This document shows positions 38,895-54,955 of a stretch of 64,000 nucleotides of DNA, piece after piece; positions within the stretch are counted from its first letter, which is position 1, and the number at the start of each line of letters is the position of its first letter. The notes under the pieces are model-generated. The model did not search any database. It was not told where the DNA came from and was given only the letters and a program-made list of their open reading frames with translations. This DNA comes from Eledone cirrhosa (taxonomy: Eukaryota): the NCBI GenBank assembly GCA_964016885.1, contig OZ024743.1, positions 78,864,001 to 78,928,000 on the forward strand, read 5' to 3'. A program made the position numbers and the translations under genes.

Positions 38895-41800
38895 GCAGTC
38901 TGGTTATGACTCTGCTGGCTTAGAGCCACAGAGAGGGCCAGTGGATGATGGATCAGCTGTCTCTGAGACAAATATAAAGAATGCAGTTTTGTCCTGCAGA
39001 AGAGCCATCAAAATGGGCACTTTGAATGTGAGGACTATTCGGACGCTGGAGAAGAGAGAGGAGTTGGGACATCTGTTCGAGGAGAGTGGTATACAGATAC
39101 TTGCGATCCAAGAATACAGGATCCTACACTATGAGCCCGTGAGGAGTGTGATGATTGGGAAGACGAGCCAGCTCATCACCACATCGGCAGTGAGGAACAT
39201 GACCAATGCTGCAGTGGGAGGATTGGGTTTTGTTTTCAGCACAAAAACCAGTCTATTGGAGGGAAATAATGCCTGTCGCCCCGCGAGTGTTGAGGGTGAC
39301 CTTCAATGGAAACCCAAGACTGACAGTCATCTCAGCCTATAGTCCAACCGAGGGGGACAGTGATGTGAGTGCGGAAGAGTTCCATGAGGAGGTGTGTAGA
39401 GCTGTCAACACCTCTCAGGCACACAACATCCTGCTTGTTTTGGGGGACTTCAATGCACATCTGAGTAAGGAGGGCAGTGAAGATCCTTGCTGGTACTTCC
39501 ATAACAACACCAACCGAAATGGAAGACTACTGAGAGACACCCTGCTGGAGGCGAACTTGATAGCGACCAAACTAAGGTTTAGGAAGAATCTGGGGAAGAT
39601 GTGGACCTACATCTCAGATATGCACCTGTCCAAGTCCCAGATTGATTTCATTCTGGTGAGGAAAAAGTGGCGGAATAGTGTTCTGAACACAGAACCATAC
39701 AACTATTTCAGTACAATGGGTAGTGACCACCAGCTTGTTATGAATGAGGTCCGGGTGAGCTTAAGAAAGAGCAAGGCTTAGCCCCGGAGAGCAATCTATG
39801 ACTGGGGAGCTTTCAAGGAAGATGATAAGCTACAGTAGAGATTCACAATGGAAGTGAGGAACAGGTTCAGTGCTCTGTGTGGAGAGTCAGAGGAGAGAGA
39901 GACTGGATGGACTGAGGAGAGTGTGACGAGGAGGTACGGGCACTTCACCAATGCAGTGGCGGAAGCAAGTGAAACCCTGGTGCCGAGGAAAAAGAACAAA
40001 AGGAAGCACGTCAGCTCTGCAAACCCAAAAGTGTGTGCAGCCAGAGAACACCTGAAAGCTGCCAAGGACCAATTCTATGCTGATTCTACGGAGGAGAGGA
40101 TGGAGACTGTGGAGGTGATGAGGGAAGAACTCTGTACCGCTTACACTGAGGCCAGAGAGGAGGCACTGATAGAGAAGATCAGAAGTGTGGAGAGAGCGGT
40201 TGACAGATTTGGATGTAAGGAGAGTTGGATGATCATAAACGAGATCACAGGGAGGAAGAGAAGGTGTTCGAGTCAGATCCAGGGAATGGGGCCCGAGGAT
40301 AGGAAAAGGAAATGGCTAGACCATTTTAGGACCCTACTAGGAGAGTCACCCTCCACAGCCCAGAGCACTGTGGAGATCAGGCGGCTGTTTGAGGAACTGG
40401 ATATTGAGACAGAGCCCTTCACCAGACAGGAGCTTCAGAGAGTCAAAAAGAGGATCAACGAGGGCAAGGCTCATGGAGAAGATGGAGTGGCATCAGAGGT
40501 GATGAAGAGGTGTGATTTTGATGATATCATCCTGGGGTTCTGTAACCGGGCACTGGAGAAAGGAGTTGCCCCGAATCAGTGGAGGATCAGTAACATCGTC
40601 CCAGTGCCAAAGAAGGGAGATCTCTCTAACACCAACAACTACAGGGGGATCTCACTGACGTCACTTGTGGCAACACCCTCAACAGGATGATTCTTAACAG
40701 GATCCAGACTGAGATGGAGAAGAAGCTCAGGGACAACCAGAACGGCTTCAGAGAGGGAAGATCAACCACCAGTCACATCCTGATGCTGAGGAGGATATTA
40801 GAGGGAGCTAGAGCAAAGTGCCTTCCTGCGGTCATGGTTTTCATTGACTTTAGGAAAGCCTTTGATTCTGTGGACCATCACTGCCTGATGAAGATCTTAC
40901 AGGCTTATGGAATCCCCAAGAGGATAGTGGACCTGATATCACTGCTCTACACCAACACCAAAGCCCAAGTCATTACACCTGATGGGATGACAGAGTTCTT
41001 TGAGATACTGGCTGGAGTGCTCCAGGGAGATACATTGGCTCCCTACCTTTTTATCATCGTAGTGGACTATTGTATGCGCCTTGCACTGGAGAAACACCAG
41101 GACTCTGGCTTTACTGTAGCACCGGCTCAGAGCAGGAGAGTTAAGGCGTAAAAGGTATCAGATCCTGAATTTGCCGACGACATAGTTTTGGTGACAAATA
41201 CAGTGAAGGAGGCAGAGGATTTGATGCGGGAGGTTGAGACTGTGTCGATGATTGTGGGGCTGAGAATGAATGAGACTAAAACAAAATATCTGGTAGAGAA
41301 TGTTGAGAAGCCAGAGGGGATCACTAATGTAGGCGGGAAGCCGCTAGAATTGGTTGAGGGCTTCCTGTATTTGGGAGCAAAGATTGGGAATACGGAAGAT
41401 GATGTGGTTGAGTGGAAGAGCAAAGTCTGGGCGGCGTGCCACAGCTTGAGATCGGTGTGGAAATCGGACCTTCGTAAAGACCTGAAAATCCGCCTCTTCA
41501 TTGCTGTAGTGGAGTCTGTGCTGCTGTACGCGTCTGAGACTTGGACACTGACCAAGAAACTCACTCAGATGGTGGATGGGTGCTACACGAGAATGCTGAG
41601 GATGGCTCTGAACATTAATCAGTATACACTGAGGATGAAAAACTCAGAGCTGTATGGGAGCCTCCCAAAAGTCAGCTCAAAAGTGACACAGAGGAGACCT
41701 AGGTTAGCTGGACATGCTCACCGACATCCAGAGTTGACACTTCACTCAGTGCTCCTGTGGGAGCCCCTACATGGACACACTGGAAGAGGAAGACCAAGGT

Positions 41801-41925
41801 TAACATATGTTGACGCCCTAAGGACAGACACTGGTCTGTTGGAGACGCAGGACATGGCAGCGATAATGAGGGACAGAGACCGCTGGAGAGAACTCGTCCA
41901 TGGATCTCGGGAATTTTACCCGCCC
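38895..41925 (+). mobile_element. RTE-clade LINE (APE + RT), inactivated by frameshifts and stops
   Basis: GTLNVRT, AIQE, SAYSPT, GDFNAH, IDFIL and SDH; NYRGISL, QNGFR, FIDFRKAFDSV, GVLQGDTLAP, FADD and GRGRP. Confidence 0.92.
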
Positions 41926-41973
<48 letters not shown>

Positions 41974-41979
41974 AACCAG

Positions 41980-42054
<75 letters not shown>

Positions 42055-42754
42055 TGTAAATAGCGATCGCAAGGTCAAGTATATATCTCTATACCCTCAC
42101 TGCATCATCCCATGCAATGATTACATGATTGGTGGCCTCCCCAGTTGGTCATCTTCTTTTGTCACACATTCTCTGACCTCCCCAATGAATATTTCTTTTT
42201 TTTTTCAGGAAGCACAAAAAAGTCATTGAGTTGGTCCCTAAAAACTAAAATACTGATCAATACTTAACATAGAAAATATTTTCCTCGTGTGAATGTGTGT
42301 GTTTGTGTGTATGTGTGTATGTGTGTATGTGTGTAAGTGTATACATGTGTGGGTGTGTATGTGTGTATATGTGTGTATGTGTGGGTGTGTATGTGTGTAT
42401 GTGTGGGTGTGTATGTGTTTATATGTGTGTATGTTTATATGTGTGGGTGTGTATGTGTGTGTGTATGTGTGGGTGTGTATGTATGTGTGTGGGTGTGTAA
42501 GTGTATGTATATGTGGGTGTGTATGTGTGTATGTGTGTGTGTAAGTGTATGTATGTATGTATATGTGTATGTATGTGTGTATGTATATGTGTGGGTGTGA
42601 AAGTGTATGTACGTGTGGGTGTGTATGTGTGTATATGTGTGTACGTGTCGGCGTGTCTGTGTGTAAATGTATGTATGTATGTATGTGGGTATGTATGTAT
42701 GTATGTGTGTTTTGTTACTGACTGCATTCAACCTTCAACACATACATGTTGTCT

Positions 42755-43262
42755 CAGGCCCCAAACCAAATAAGCGGGGGTGGAGGCGGGGGGTGTGTGG
42801 AAAATCAGTAATGTTTATAGGTTGTCTCCCTTGGTATTTTCACCCCCCCCCCAGAATTAGACGTTTAGTTTACATATTGAGACCCCAACCATCCTATATA
42901 TTTTATAATTGTTTCTACTTTTGGCACAAGGCCAGCAATTACCCCAGTGCATTACTGGTACTTTATTTTATCGACCCCGTAAGGATGAAAGGCAAAGTTA
43001 ACCTCGGCTGGATTTGAACTCTGAATGGCAAGGGCCGTAACTCTATACGTCAATATAATGCATTGGATTTCTGGTAATGTACTTTTGTCATGTATAAGGT
43101 TTTTTAATGTAAAAATAAAATTAATTGTAGCAGGAATGCTACTACTTAAATTAATATTTCATCGGAGATAGATTAGAAAAATTTAATAAATGGGGTGTAA
43201 TGGGGTGGAGGGATTAGTGGGGGGTGGGGCTGGGGGTCAATTATTCGAAACCCCAGAATAGT
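42755..43262. mobile_element. MITE related to 48396-48905, interrupted by a SINE (42907-43052, -)
   Basis: Shares internal sequence (tggaaaatcagtaat..acatattgagaccccaacc..gcaggaatgctac) with the 48396 element. The SINE is flanked by tataat repeats. Confidence 0.7.
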
Positions 43263-43400
43263 GAACTACAACACAGAGAAACATAGGCAAAATATGTTAA
43301 AGGGAGACAACTCAGACTAGCCTAAATACCTCAACAATTTTTGCTGTTACTGATTTTGTTCATCCAATCCTCTATACATACATTACACAATTATATATAT

Positions 43401-43446
<46 letters not shown>

Positions 43447-43483
43447 ATATATATAAATATATACATATATGTGTGTGTGTGTA

Positions 43484-43517
<34 letters not shown>

Positions 43518-44032
43518 CATATATTATACAATTATATATATATATAAACATATATTTACACACACACACACAAATATATATATATATGTATATGCGTTCA
43601 TACATGAATACACACGCGAACACACATGCACACACAGGCACACACAGACACACACATACACACATATACACACCAATACACACATACACACTCACACACA
43701 CATACACACTTATACACACATACACAGCCTGTCCTTTACATTATATATCTTTGACATTTGCAACAATCGACCAGGCCAGGATAACATGTCACATAACAAC
43801 TACATAGCTACTCCGCCACCCCGCCACCACACCATCACCCCACCATCATACAACCCCACCACCCCACCATCATGCCAGCCACCCCCCCACCATCATACCA
43901 GCCCACCCCCCCACCATCATACCAGCCACCCCCCACCATCATACCACCCTCCACCCTGCCACTGCACCACCCCTCAATCCCGCCATCACACCAGCCACCA
44001 CCCCGCCAGGAAAATATGCTTCGTAGAATCAA

Positions 44033-44128
44033 GACGTATCTGAGGAATTTGCGATTTTCAGAGTCAGGTTCTATCATCACACCGATCGTGCCTCGAGCTG
44101 GTCGCCAGAGAAACGATGGTAATATGTC
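44033..44128 (+). ncRNA. Type I hammerhead motif
   Basis: gacgtat-CTGAGGA-..gcgat..gtcgc..-GAAA-cgatgg-TA-atatgtc, with a 7-bp stem I. Confidence 0.8.
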
Positions 44129-44183
44129 CAATACCATTCGTTGTAACACTGATTCTCTTTTTTTCTGTTATATATATATATAT

Positions 44184-45075
44184 AAATGAGCGGAACAAGC
44201 AATTATCAAACAATCTTTTAAATAAATTAAAAAACGATTTAAATATTCACCTGTTCTATTGCCGTTACCGACAGTTTCACTAATCAAAAGATTGGAAATT
44301 CAGAGAATTTCCAATGGAAAGAATTAGATCTTCAGACAGCTATTTCCATACTATAGGGTATAAAGCCTCATAGTAAGTTAATATTTCGCTTCATTCGCGG
44401 TGCATGCGGTCAAGCCGTTAAAGTGACTTACACACAAAAATAGGCCATGAGTAAAAGCGGGTTATTATAAACTTGTTGATCATGCCGCTAAAAATAGCAG
44501 CGCAATACACCGTTTTGTTCTCTACATATAGGAGAAAAATTATAAAAGGGTATAGATATTCCTACAGGCACTAGGTACCTCCAGAAATATGCATGGTGTT
44601 TATAATACCCTTTTATAATTTTTCTCCTATATGTAGAGAACAAAACGTTGTATCGCGCTGCTATTTTTAGCGGCATGATCAACAAGTTTATAATAACCCG
44701 CTTTTACTCATGGCCTATTTTTGTGTGTAAGTCACTTTAACGGCTTGACCGCATGCAACGCGAATGAAGCGAAATATTAACTTACTATGAGGCTTTATAC
44801 CCTTATAGGATGGACATAGCTGTCTGAAGATCAAATTCTTTCCATTGGAAATTCTCTGAATTTCCAATCTTTTGATTAGTCAAACCGTCGGTAACGGCAA
44901 TAGAACAGGTGAATATTTAAATCGTTTTTTAATTTATTTAAAAGATTGTTTGATGATTACTTGTTCCGCTCATTTTTATAGTTCTGGTATCTCAAATTAG
45001 TACCATCGAACCACAACTATTATAAACACCATGCATATTTCTGTAGGTACTCAGTGCCTGTCGGAATATCCATAC

Positions 45076-45082
<7 letters not shown>
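44184..45082. mobile_element. Inverted, circularly permuted non-coding element in (TA)n with two hammerheads
   Basis: About 44184-44552 is inverted at about 44605-44973, and about 44543-44606 is inverted at about 45018-45082. Confidence 0.85.
44261..44340 (-). ncRNA. Type I hammerhead (mirror 44819-44898 has GAAA>CAAA)
   Basis: gctgt-CTGAAGA-t-ctaatt..gattag-t-GAAA-ctgtcgg-TA-acggc. Confidence 0.85.
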
Positions 45083-45130
<48 letters not shown>

Positions 45131-45138
<8 letters not shown>

Positions 45139-46057
45139 AAGAGAAGTGTGTTAAGATGTGTGTAAAGAATTATTACAAGTGAGCTTAACCGTTACTGTAT
45201 GGAGAACAATATCTACAGGTTAGCAATTAAATAGAAAAAAACTAAGTCAGTATCAAATCTCTGAAGTAGAGTTTTAAATTACCAACCTTATAACTATAAG
45301 TTTGCTGATACGAATCTAGTTCGTTTCACCACAGAAATGTGCAGTTTAACAGCCCACAGGTTCCTCAGTCAGCAAATGTGGATTCTGTTCAAGACACATC
45401 TAACCTCATGGATAGAGAAAGCTACTATACATGCTGCCCAGAGTAGGGCGAAATCACGTGTTATTTGCATCAAATAACGGCTCTCGTGGATTGGGGAAAA
45501 TGCTAGAGAGGGCAGCCCAACCATTCGAATTTATTAGCTCAACAATTTGGTGCTCGTTAAGTATAAGAGGATCGGAATTAAGAGTATTCCGCAGTTCACA
45601 GTAATAATAATAATATTAGCTCAAATAAGAATAGAGAATTTTCTTCTGAGCTCAAATACAAATATATTACACAAAGAGAAGTGTGTTACACAGTGAGATG
45701 TGTGTAAAGAATTATTACAAGTGAGTTTAACCGTTACTGTATGGAGAACAATACCTACAGGTTAGCAATTAAATAGAAAAAAACTAAGTCAGAATCAAAT
45801 CTCTGAAGTAGAGTTTTAAATTACCAACCTTATAACTATAAGTGTGCTGATACGAATCTAGTTCGTTTCACCACAGAAATGTGCAGTTTAACAGCCCACA
45901 GGTTCCTCAGTCAGAAAATGTGGATTCTGTTCACGACACATCTAACCTCATGGATAGAGAGAAAGCTAATATACACGCTGCCCAGAGTAGGGCGAAATCA
46001 CGTGTTAACACAGTAACGGTTAAACTCACTTGTAATAATTCTTTACACGCATCTCAA
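45131..46057 (-). mobile_element. Tandem (~1.6 units of ~540 bp) hammerhead-bearing non-coding element with terminal inversion
   Basis: 45131-45462 is repeated at 45668-46006; about 46008-46057 is an inverted copy of about 45694-45741. Confidence 0.85.
45301..45376 (-). ncRNA. Type I hammerhead (second copy 45843-45918)
   Basis: tttgctga-CTGAGGA-acc..ggt-GAAA-cgaa ctaga ttcg-TA-tcagcaaa. Confidence 0.9.
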
Positions 46058-46156
46058 TGTTCTTACATTGAGCTATTTCTCTTACTGGTAATATGGTAGT
46101 AGCAAATTACTGACCTTTCCTGTTTATAATTGTTTATAGTATATACATAACTATAA

Positions 46157-47134
<978 letters not shown>

Positions 47135-47294
47135 TTGAACTATTTCTCTTACTGGTAATAAGGTAGTAGCAAATTCCTGACCTTTCCTGTTTATAGTTGT
47201 TTATAGTATATACATAACTATAAATAGTGTTATTATTATTATTATTATTATATATATGTGTATACATATATATATATATAAATAGTATTGTTAT

Positions 47295-47335
<41 letters not shown>

Positions 47336-47356
47336 ATATATGTATATGTATATATA

Positions 47357-47446
<90 letters not shown>

Positions 47447-47463
47447 CATACAGCAACAGTCAC

Positions 47464-47539
<76 letters not shown>

Positions 47540-47569
47540 GTAAATGGACAGGTGTGATGTAAAATGTAT

Positions 47570-48110
47570 TACTTCTTCTTTCCGTATCTTCGAAGCATGT
47601 GGTCATATGACAGTTTCCCATTTCTGTACACTCTCCTTTGCATTATTATTAAATTCTGTGAGATCTTTTAAGCTGCCCTGGTTGGGTAGTAGAGGGCAAA
47701 CAAGGCAGTGCTGCATCGTATGGTCCTCCTCTCCGCATTCGCATATTGTTGGGCCGGTCTTGTAGCTCCATCTGGCCAGAGCAGCTTTTGATCGCCCCAT
47801 TTCTATTCTCAGGCGGTTGAGTGTCTTCCACTGGACCCATGGTGCTTCTGAGCCAGGAGGAAGGGCTTCAGAAGGGGGATTCCCATGTCAATAGGAGGGG
47901 AGTCATTCTCTAGCTTTCTAATCCATAGCTGTAGTCTGGTTTCTTCCTGAGATGTTGTTAGGGGCTGGACATGGCTGAGGAAGCTTCTCCATGACTTCAG
48001 TCGTTGGGCCGGAGGTTCAGGTCCGTGAAGAAGGTGGCGTTCATCACTGATAGCTTTTGTGATCTCTACTCGGCTGGCAGCTTCCCGTCTCACATCTGCA
48101 GGGACACCGC
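47570..48110 (-). mobile_element. Ingi/Vingi-like LINE 3' fragment
   Basis: RRE..HLLH..RLKSWRSF, W..LNRLR..GR..W and CECGEEDHTMQHCLVC. Confidence 0.7.
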
Positions 48111-48395
48111 CTGGAGTTGATTACACACCTTCTGTTTGTAAGTCGAACACCTTCACAACAATACTAGACTACTGTACCCTAGTATCACAATTAGTATTAA
48201 TTAATGTTTGAAATACTAATTAATACCATATTTAATTATTATGAGTTTTAGACATACACGTACCAATTTGTCTTATTTAGAGCAACTCTGTTGAATCAAT
48301 TTCCTGACCTATTTCTAAAAATCAATAACCGAATTGGCCCCTTTTAAGAAAAATATTTGGATAAAATCAATATCACTAATAATATAGATGTATTA

Positions 48396-48500
48396 CTCTC
48401 GGGTACCAAATAATAGGGGGATGTGTGGCATGAGCGAGGGGTTAGAATAAGTGGTGGAGTTGGAATAAGTGTGTGGGGGAATAAGCATGTGTGGGCGCGC

Positions 48501-48590
<90 letters not shown>

Positions 48591-48905
48591 AAAATCAGTA
48601 ATTTTTCTAGGTTTGTTTCCGTTGATTATTTAAAAAAAGACAGAATTAGTTGTTTAGTTTACATATTGAGACCCCAACCCATCCTATATATTTTATAACA
48701 TATGGGATTTCAAGTAATGTACTTTTTTTGTCATGTATGTTTTTTAATGTCTAAAGAAAATTGATTGTCGCAGGAATGCTACCACTTAAAATAAAATTTC
48801 GTCGGAGATAAATTAACAAAATTTAATAAACGAGGGGTTACACTGAAAGGGAGTTTGGAAAAATCTGAAAAATTAATAAGGAGACGATTATTGGAGACCA
48901 GAGAG
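48396..48905. mobile_element. TA-flanked MITE with imperfect TIRs and internal (GT)n
   Basis: ta-ctctcgggtaccaaataat ... attattggagaccagagag-ta. Confidence 0.65.
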
Positions 48906-49548
48906 TATGTCAGAGGGAGGGCTGCGGGAATGGTTCTTTAACTTTTGTTTACAGTAAACGACGTGTTGTACTGTTTGTAAAATATTATGTCTTCGGGGAA
49001 GTTTAAATATCATACCACGATTTTATAGGGAAAATCTAATGTTTGTCTGTATATACAAAGTTTGAAAAGCGAGTGTATTAGAATTTGTAGAATAATGGGA
49101 AAAACTCAACGCAAGGAAGTGGTTGAAACAGCAAAATGCCATCAATGACGGCTAGAAATCAGAAGCTTGCAGAAGTGATAGGAAGAAAGGAGAAAAGGAA
49201 GATAACAGAAGATCACACAAACATTAACATTCTCTCATCAGCTTTTAGACCGCCTGTAGATTCGACGATTTAGCTAAAAGTACAACGTAAAATAGACGGC
49301 TCGTAAAACGGAGTAATAAATATTTCTGTTGGTATGATGTTTGTGTGAGGAACGAACAGATTAGATAGACCGACAGACCCGTTAGACGGAGAAAGCAAAA
49401 CAAAGTACACCCACTTGGCCTCAGGTGGATGTTAGAAAAGACAACAATGGCTCTGTATACGGGGGTGGTAGGAAGCGAAAGTGGCGAGTAGGAGCGGCGG
49501 GTAGGCGGAGGAAAGAAAAGAAGCAGTAAGAGGAGGGAAAGGTGGAGA

Positions 49549-49632
<84 letters not shown>

Positions 49633-49920
49633 CGGAGGAAGAGTGAAAAAATAGCCAACAAAGCTCAGGCATGGTATATATACATAACATTTATGTTGGA
49701 TGGTTTATCTAATGGATATATCTAGTCATTCCGTTTAGCAGATCGTGATGCAATGAACAAAAGCACTCAACGTTATGCGTATCATCAATCACAGATGTGG
49801 TATCTCGTGGTTGGTGCAGCAACGGAGTTGAATACTTCGATGAAATGATTTTACAGCATTGAAAGGATATTTGGAATCCGGCCTTCTTTTTTTCACTGAA
49901 GTAAATATATATATATATAT

Positions 49921-51178
<1,258 letters not shown>

Positions 51179-51352
51179 TAAAAAGAGGATTAACACGGTT
51201 AAGCGATATAATAGGGTTTATCCCAAGTATTAACATGTTTCATCTCCAGGTGTTAAATTCTTTTTTTTCTTGAAACTACTTTCCTCAATAATCAATTGAC
51301 AATTGTGAAAACTCGATGTTGAATACACAAAATAATACAACGTAGCTGGCGA

Positions 51353-51412
<60 letters not shown>

Positions 51413-51414
<2 letters not shown>

Positions 51415-52338
51415 CAAATCGTTTATCGTTCTACATGGCTGAATACAATAAATGTAATCTGACTTTTTCGAATATTAATAATAATATTCGATTCGTTTGC
51501 AATCATGCAAACAGCCTCTTTAAAACCATGTCAGTAGAATGAGAACGTCATTTTTGCTCTTGTGTTGGCATCTAAACAGAACTGCAGACACTGATGTTTC
51601 TGGGTTATTACCCTTCAATAGTCCAGTATACTGCTTGCGTGCCAACTGTCAGAGCTAGTGAAAATTTATGATATTTTCTGAAATATATGGTGATTGATCG
51701 GCCTGATTTGCATATTAACACACTGCTTGATCAGTCGGATCTGCATATTAGCAGATCCAAGGATCAGCCAGATTTGCATATCAGCAGATAGGCCAGTCAG
51801 TTCATGTATACGAGCGATTAATGGCCGGCTTTGCCATATTCAAATAACAAACAAACGAATCGAATATTATTATTAATTGTCTCTACTTTAGGCACAAGGC
51901 CAGCAATTACCCAGTGCATTACTGGTACTTTATTTTATCGACCCCGTAAGGATGAAAGGCAAAGTCAACCTCGGCGGGATTTGAACTCAGATCGTAAAGG
52001 GACGTAACTATGCTGGAAAGCATGGCGTCCGACCCTCTACTGAGACTGCCAATCCACCGCCCACGAATATTATTATTAATTGGCAGTGGATTGGCAGTAT
52101 CGGTAGAGGGTCCGACGCCATGCTTTGACGCATAGAGTTACGGCCCTTGCCATTTTGAGTTCAAATCTCGCCATGGTTAACTTTGCCTTTATTCCTTACG
52201 GGGTCGATAACATAAAGTACCAGTAATGCACTGGGATAATTGCTGGCCTTTGCCAAACGTAGAAACAATTATTAATATTCGAAAAACTCAGATTACATTT
52301 ATTGTACTCAGCCATGTAGAGCGATAAACTACTTGTTT
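51413..52338. mobile_element. Element with ~70-bp terminal inverted repeats containing two opposed SINEs (51876-52062 -, 52085-52272 +); related to 18810-18960
   Basis: aacaaatcgtttatcgttctacatggctga..ttcgaatatt is inverted at 52272-52338. Confidence 0.65.
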
Positions 52339-52477
52339 ATGTTACAATATATGTTAGTCAATCACAGACACTATTGTAAGTAGAATGGAGCACTAACGAC
52401 GTCTACAATAGATCGGTCTACTCTCGGGTATGATTATTATAATGAAGTATAAGTCAGGTTAGAATATACTTCATTTA

Positions 52478-52964
52478 TTCATTAAGGTTTGTTGGTTCAT
52501 CACTGGATAGAACTGGTCATTCCGTGTAGTCAAAATTGATGTAATATTAGGGAGAGCACTCGACGTAATGCAACTCACCCGTTTTCGTTTGTGTTGTTGG
52601 TGGCGCGAGTACGGCCAACCGGATTGGCAACTGCTAATTGTCTGGCCGCCTTCTCGTCTCTCTGCTTTTTCAGCCCCATGGATTGTGTCTATTATATTCC
52701 TTTGTTTAATTTCGAATACGTGATGATGTCACCGGATTCATACTGGACCCGGTCATTGAAATGTTCATAGTATAATAAACCTTTAACGAATTACACCAGT
52801 CCAACCTCCTGTTATTTTATAATAATCAAGTCCGTACTCGCAACACCAACTACATAAACGAAGGCGGGTGAGCTGCATTACGTCGAGTGCTCTCCATAAT
52901 ACTACATCGAGGTTGACTATACGGAATGACCAGTTCTATCCAGTGATGAACCAACAAACCTAAA

Positions 52965-52970
<6 letters not shown>
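52478..52970. mobile_element. Inverted-repeat element with central degenerate hammerhead (52716-52773, GTGATGA core)
   Basis: 52478-52610 is inverted at about 52833-52970. Core reads atac-GTGATGA-..ccgg/ccgg..-GAAA-tgttca-TA-gtat. Confidence 0.7.
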
Positions 52971-53022
<52 letters not shown>

Positions 53023-53089
53023 AATATTCATTTAGGTTTGTTGGTTCATCACTGGATAGAACTGGTATATATATATATGTATTTATATT

Positions 53090-54955
53090 TGGGTGGTTGG
53101 GTGGTTGGGTGGTTGGTTGGGTGGGTGGGTGGTTGGATGGTTGGTTGGGTGTTTGGGTGGTTGGGTGTTTGGGTGGTTGGTTGGGTGGGTGGGTGGTTGG
53201 ATGGTTGGTTGGGTGTTTGGGTGGTTGGGTGGGTGGGTGGGTGTTTGGGTGGTTGGTTGGGTGGGTGGGTGGTTGGATGGTTGGTTGGTCGAGTAGTTGG
53301 TTGGGTGGTTGGTTGGTTGGTTGGGTGGTTGGGTGGTTGGTTGGGTTGTTGGTTAGGTGGTTGGTTGGGATTTGAAACCGCGCGGTAAAGGCACATATAG
53401 TAAGTACAGCGAACTTTTTAAAATTTATTTAAAAACCTTTTCTCTATTTGCTAGACCTTGATTTGATATATATATATATACACGACCCCACACACTATAG
53501 CACTAAAGGGGGAAATAGGGAAAGGGGTAAAAATGAAGCAAGAGAGCAACTTACCTTAAAATGTCGTGACGTCATGGTGACATTGTAATATCAAATAGAT
53601 TGACAGGTTATCTACAAATGAATGGCCAACTAGTCAAAATGATTGAGGAGGACGTCAGCCAGGTTACGAGCCAACTAACCAGCTAGGTAACCAGTCAGCC
53701 AACTAACTGAGCAGCCAGCCAGGCATCAAGCCATCCTCCCAACCAACCAACCAACCATCCATCCAGCCACCAAACCAACCACTCAACCACCCAACCATCC
53801 AACCACCCAACCACCCAACCACCCAACCATCCAACCACCCAACCACCCAACCACCCAACCACCCAACCAACCACCCAACCATCCAACCAACCAACCACCC
53901 AACCAACCACCCACCCAACCACCCACCCAACCAACCAACCAACCACCAAGCCATCCAACCACCCAACCAACCACCTAACCAGCAATCCAGCCACCCTATC
54001 ACCCAACCACCCAACCACCCAACCACCCAACCAACCATCCAACCACCCAACCGTCCAACCAACCAACCAACCACCCAACCAACCAACCACCCACCCACAA
54101 CCCACCCAACCATCCAACCAAACAATCATCCAACCAACCACCCAACCAAACATCCAACCACCCAACCAACCAACCACCCAACCATCCAACCACGCAACCA
54201 ACCACCCAACCAACCACCCAACCATCCAACCAACGAACCACCCAACGAACCACCCAACCATCCAACCAACCACCCAACCAACCACCCAACCATCCATCCA
54301 ACCAATCATCCAACCACCCAACCAACCAACCACCCAACTAACCAACCACCAAACCATCCAACCATCCAACCAACCACCTAAACAGCCATCCAGCCACCCT
54401 ATCACCCAACCACCCAACTACCCAACCAACCATCCAACCACCCAACCACCTAACCAGCCATCCAGCCACCCTATCACCCAACCACCCAACTACCCAACCA
54501 ACCATCCAACCACCCAACCAACCACCTAACCAACAACCCAACCAACCACCCAACCACCCAACCAACCAACCAACCACCCAACCAACCAACTACTCGACCA
54601 ACCAACCATCCAACCACCCACCCACCCACCCAACCAACCACCCAAACACCCACCCACCCACCCAACCACCCAAACACCCAACCAACCATCCAACCACCCA
54701 CCCAACCAACCACCCAAACACCCAACCACCCACCCAACCACCCAACCACCCAAACACCCAACCAACCATCCAACCACCCACCCAACCAACCACCCAACCA
54801 CCCAACCACCCAACCACCCAACCAACCACCCAACCACCCAAACACCCAACCAACCATCCAACCACCCAACCAACCACCCACCACCCACCCACCACCCACC
54901 CAACCAAGCCCCCCAACCAGCCCCCCAACCAACCAACCATCCAGCAAGTCATCCA
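53090..54955. repeat. (GGTT/GGGT)n and (CCAA/CCCA)n satellite blocks in inverted orientation
   Basis: 53090-53370 is G-rich and 53695-54955 is C-rich. The diagnostic ggtcgagtag at 53287 reappears inverted at about 54590. Confidence 0.9.
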
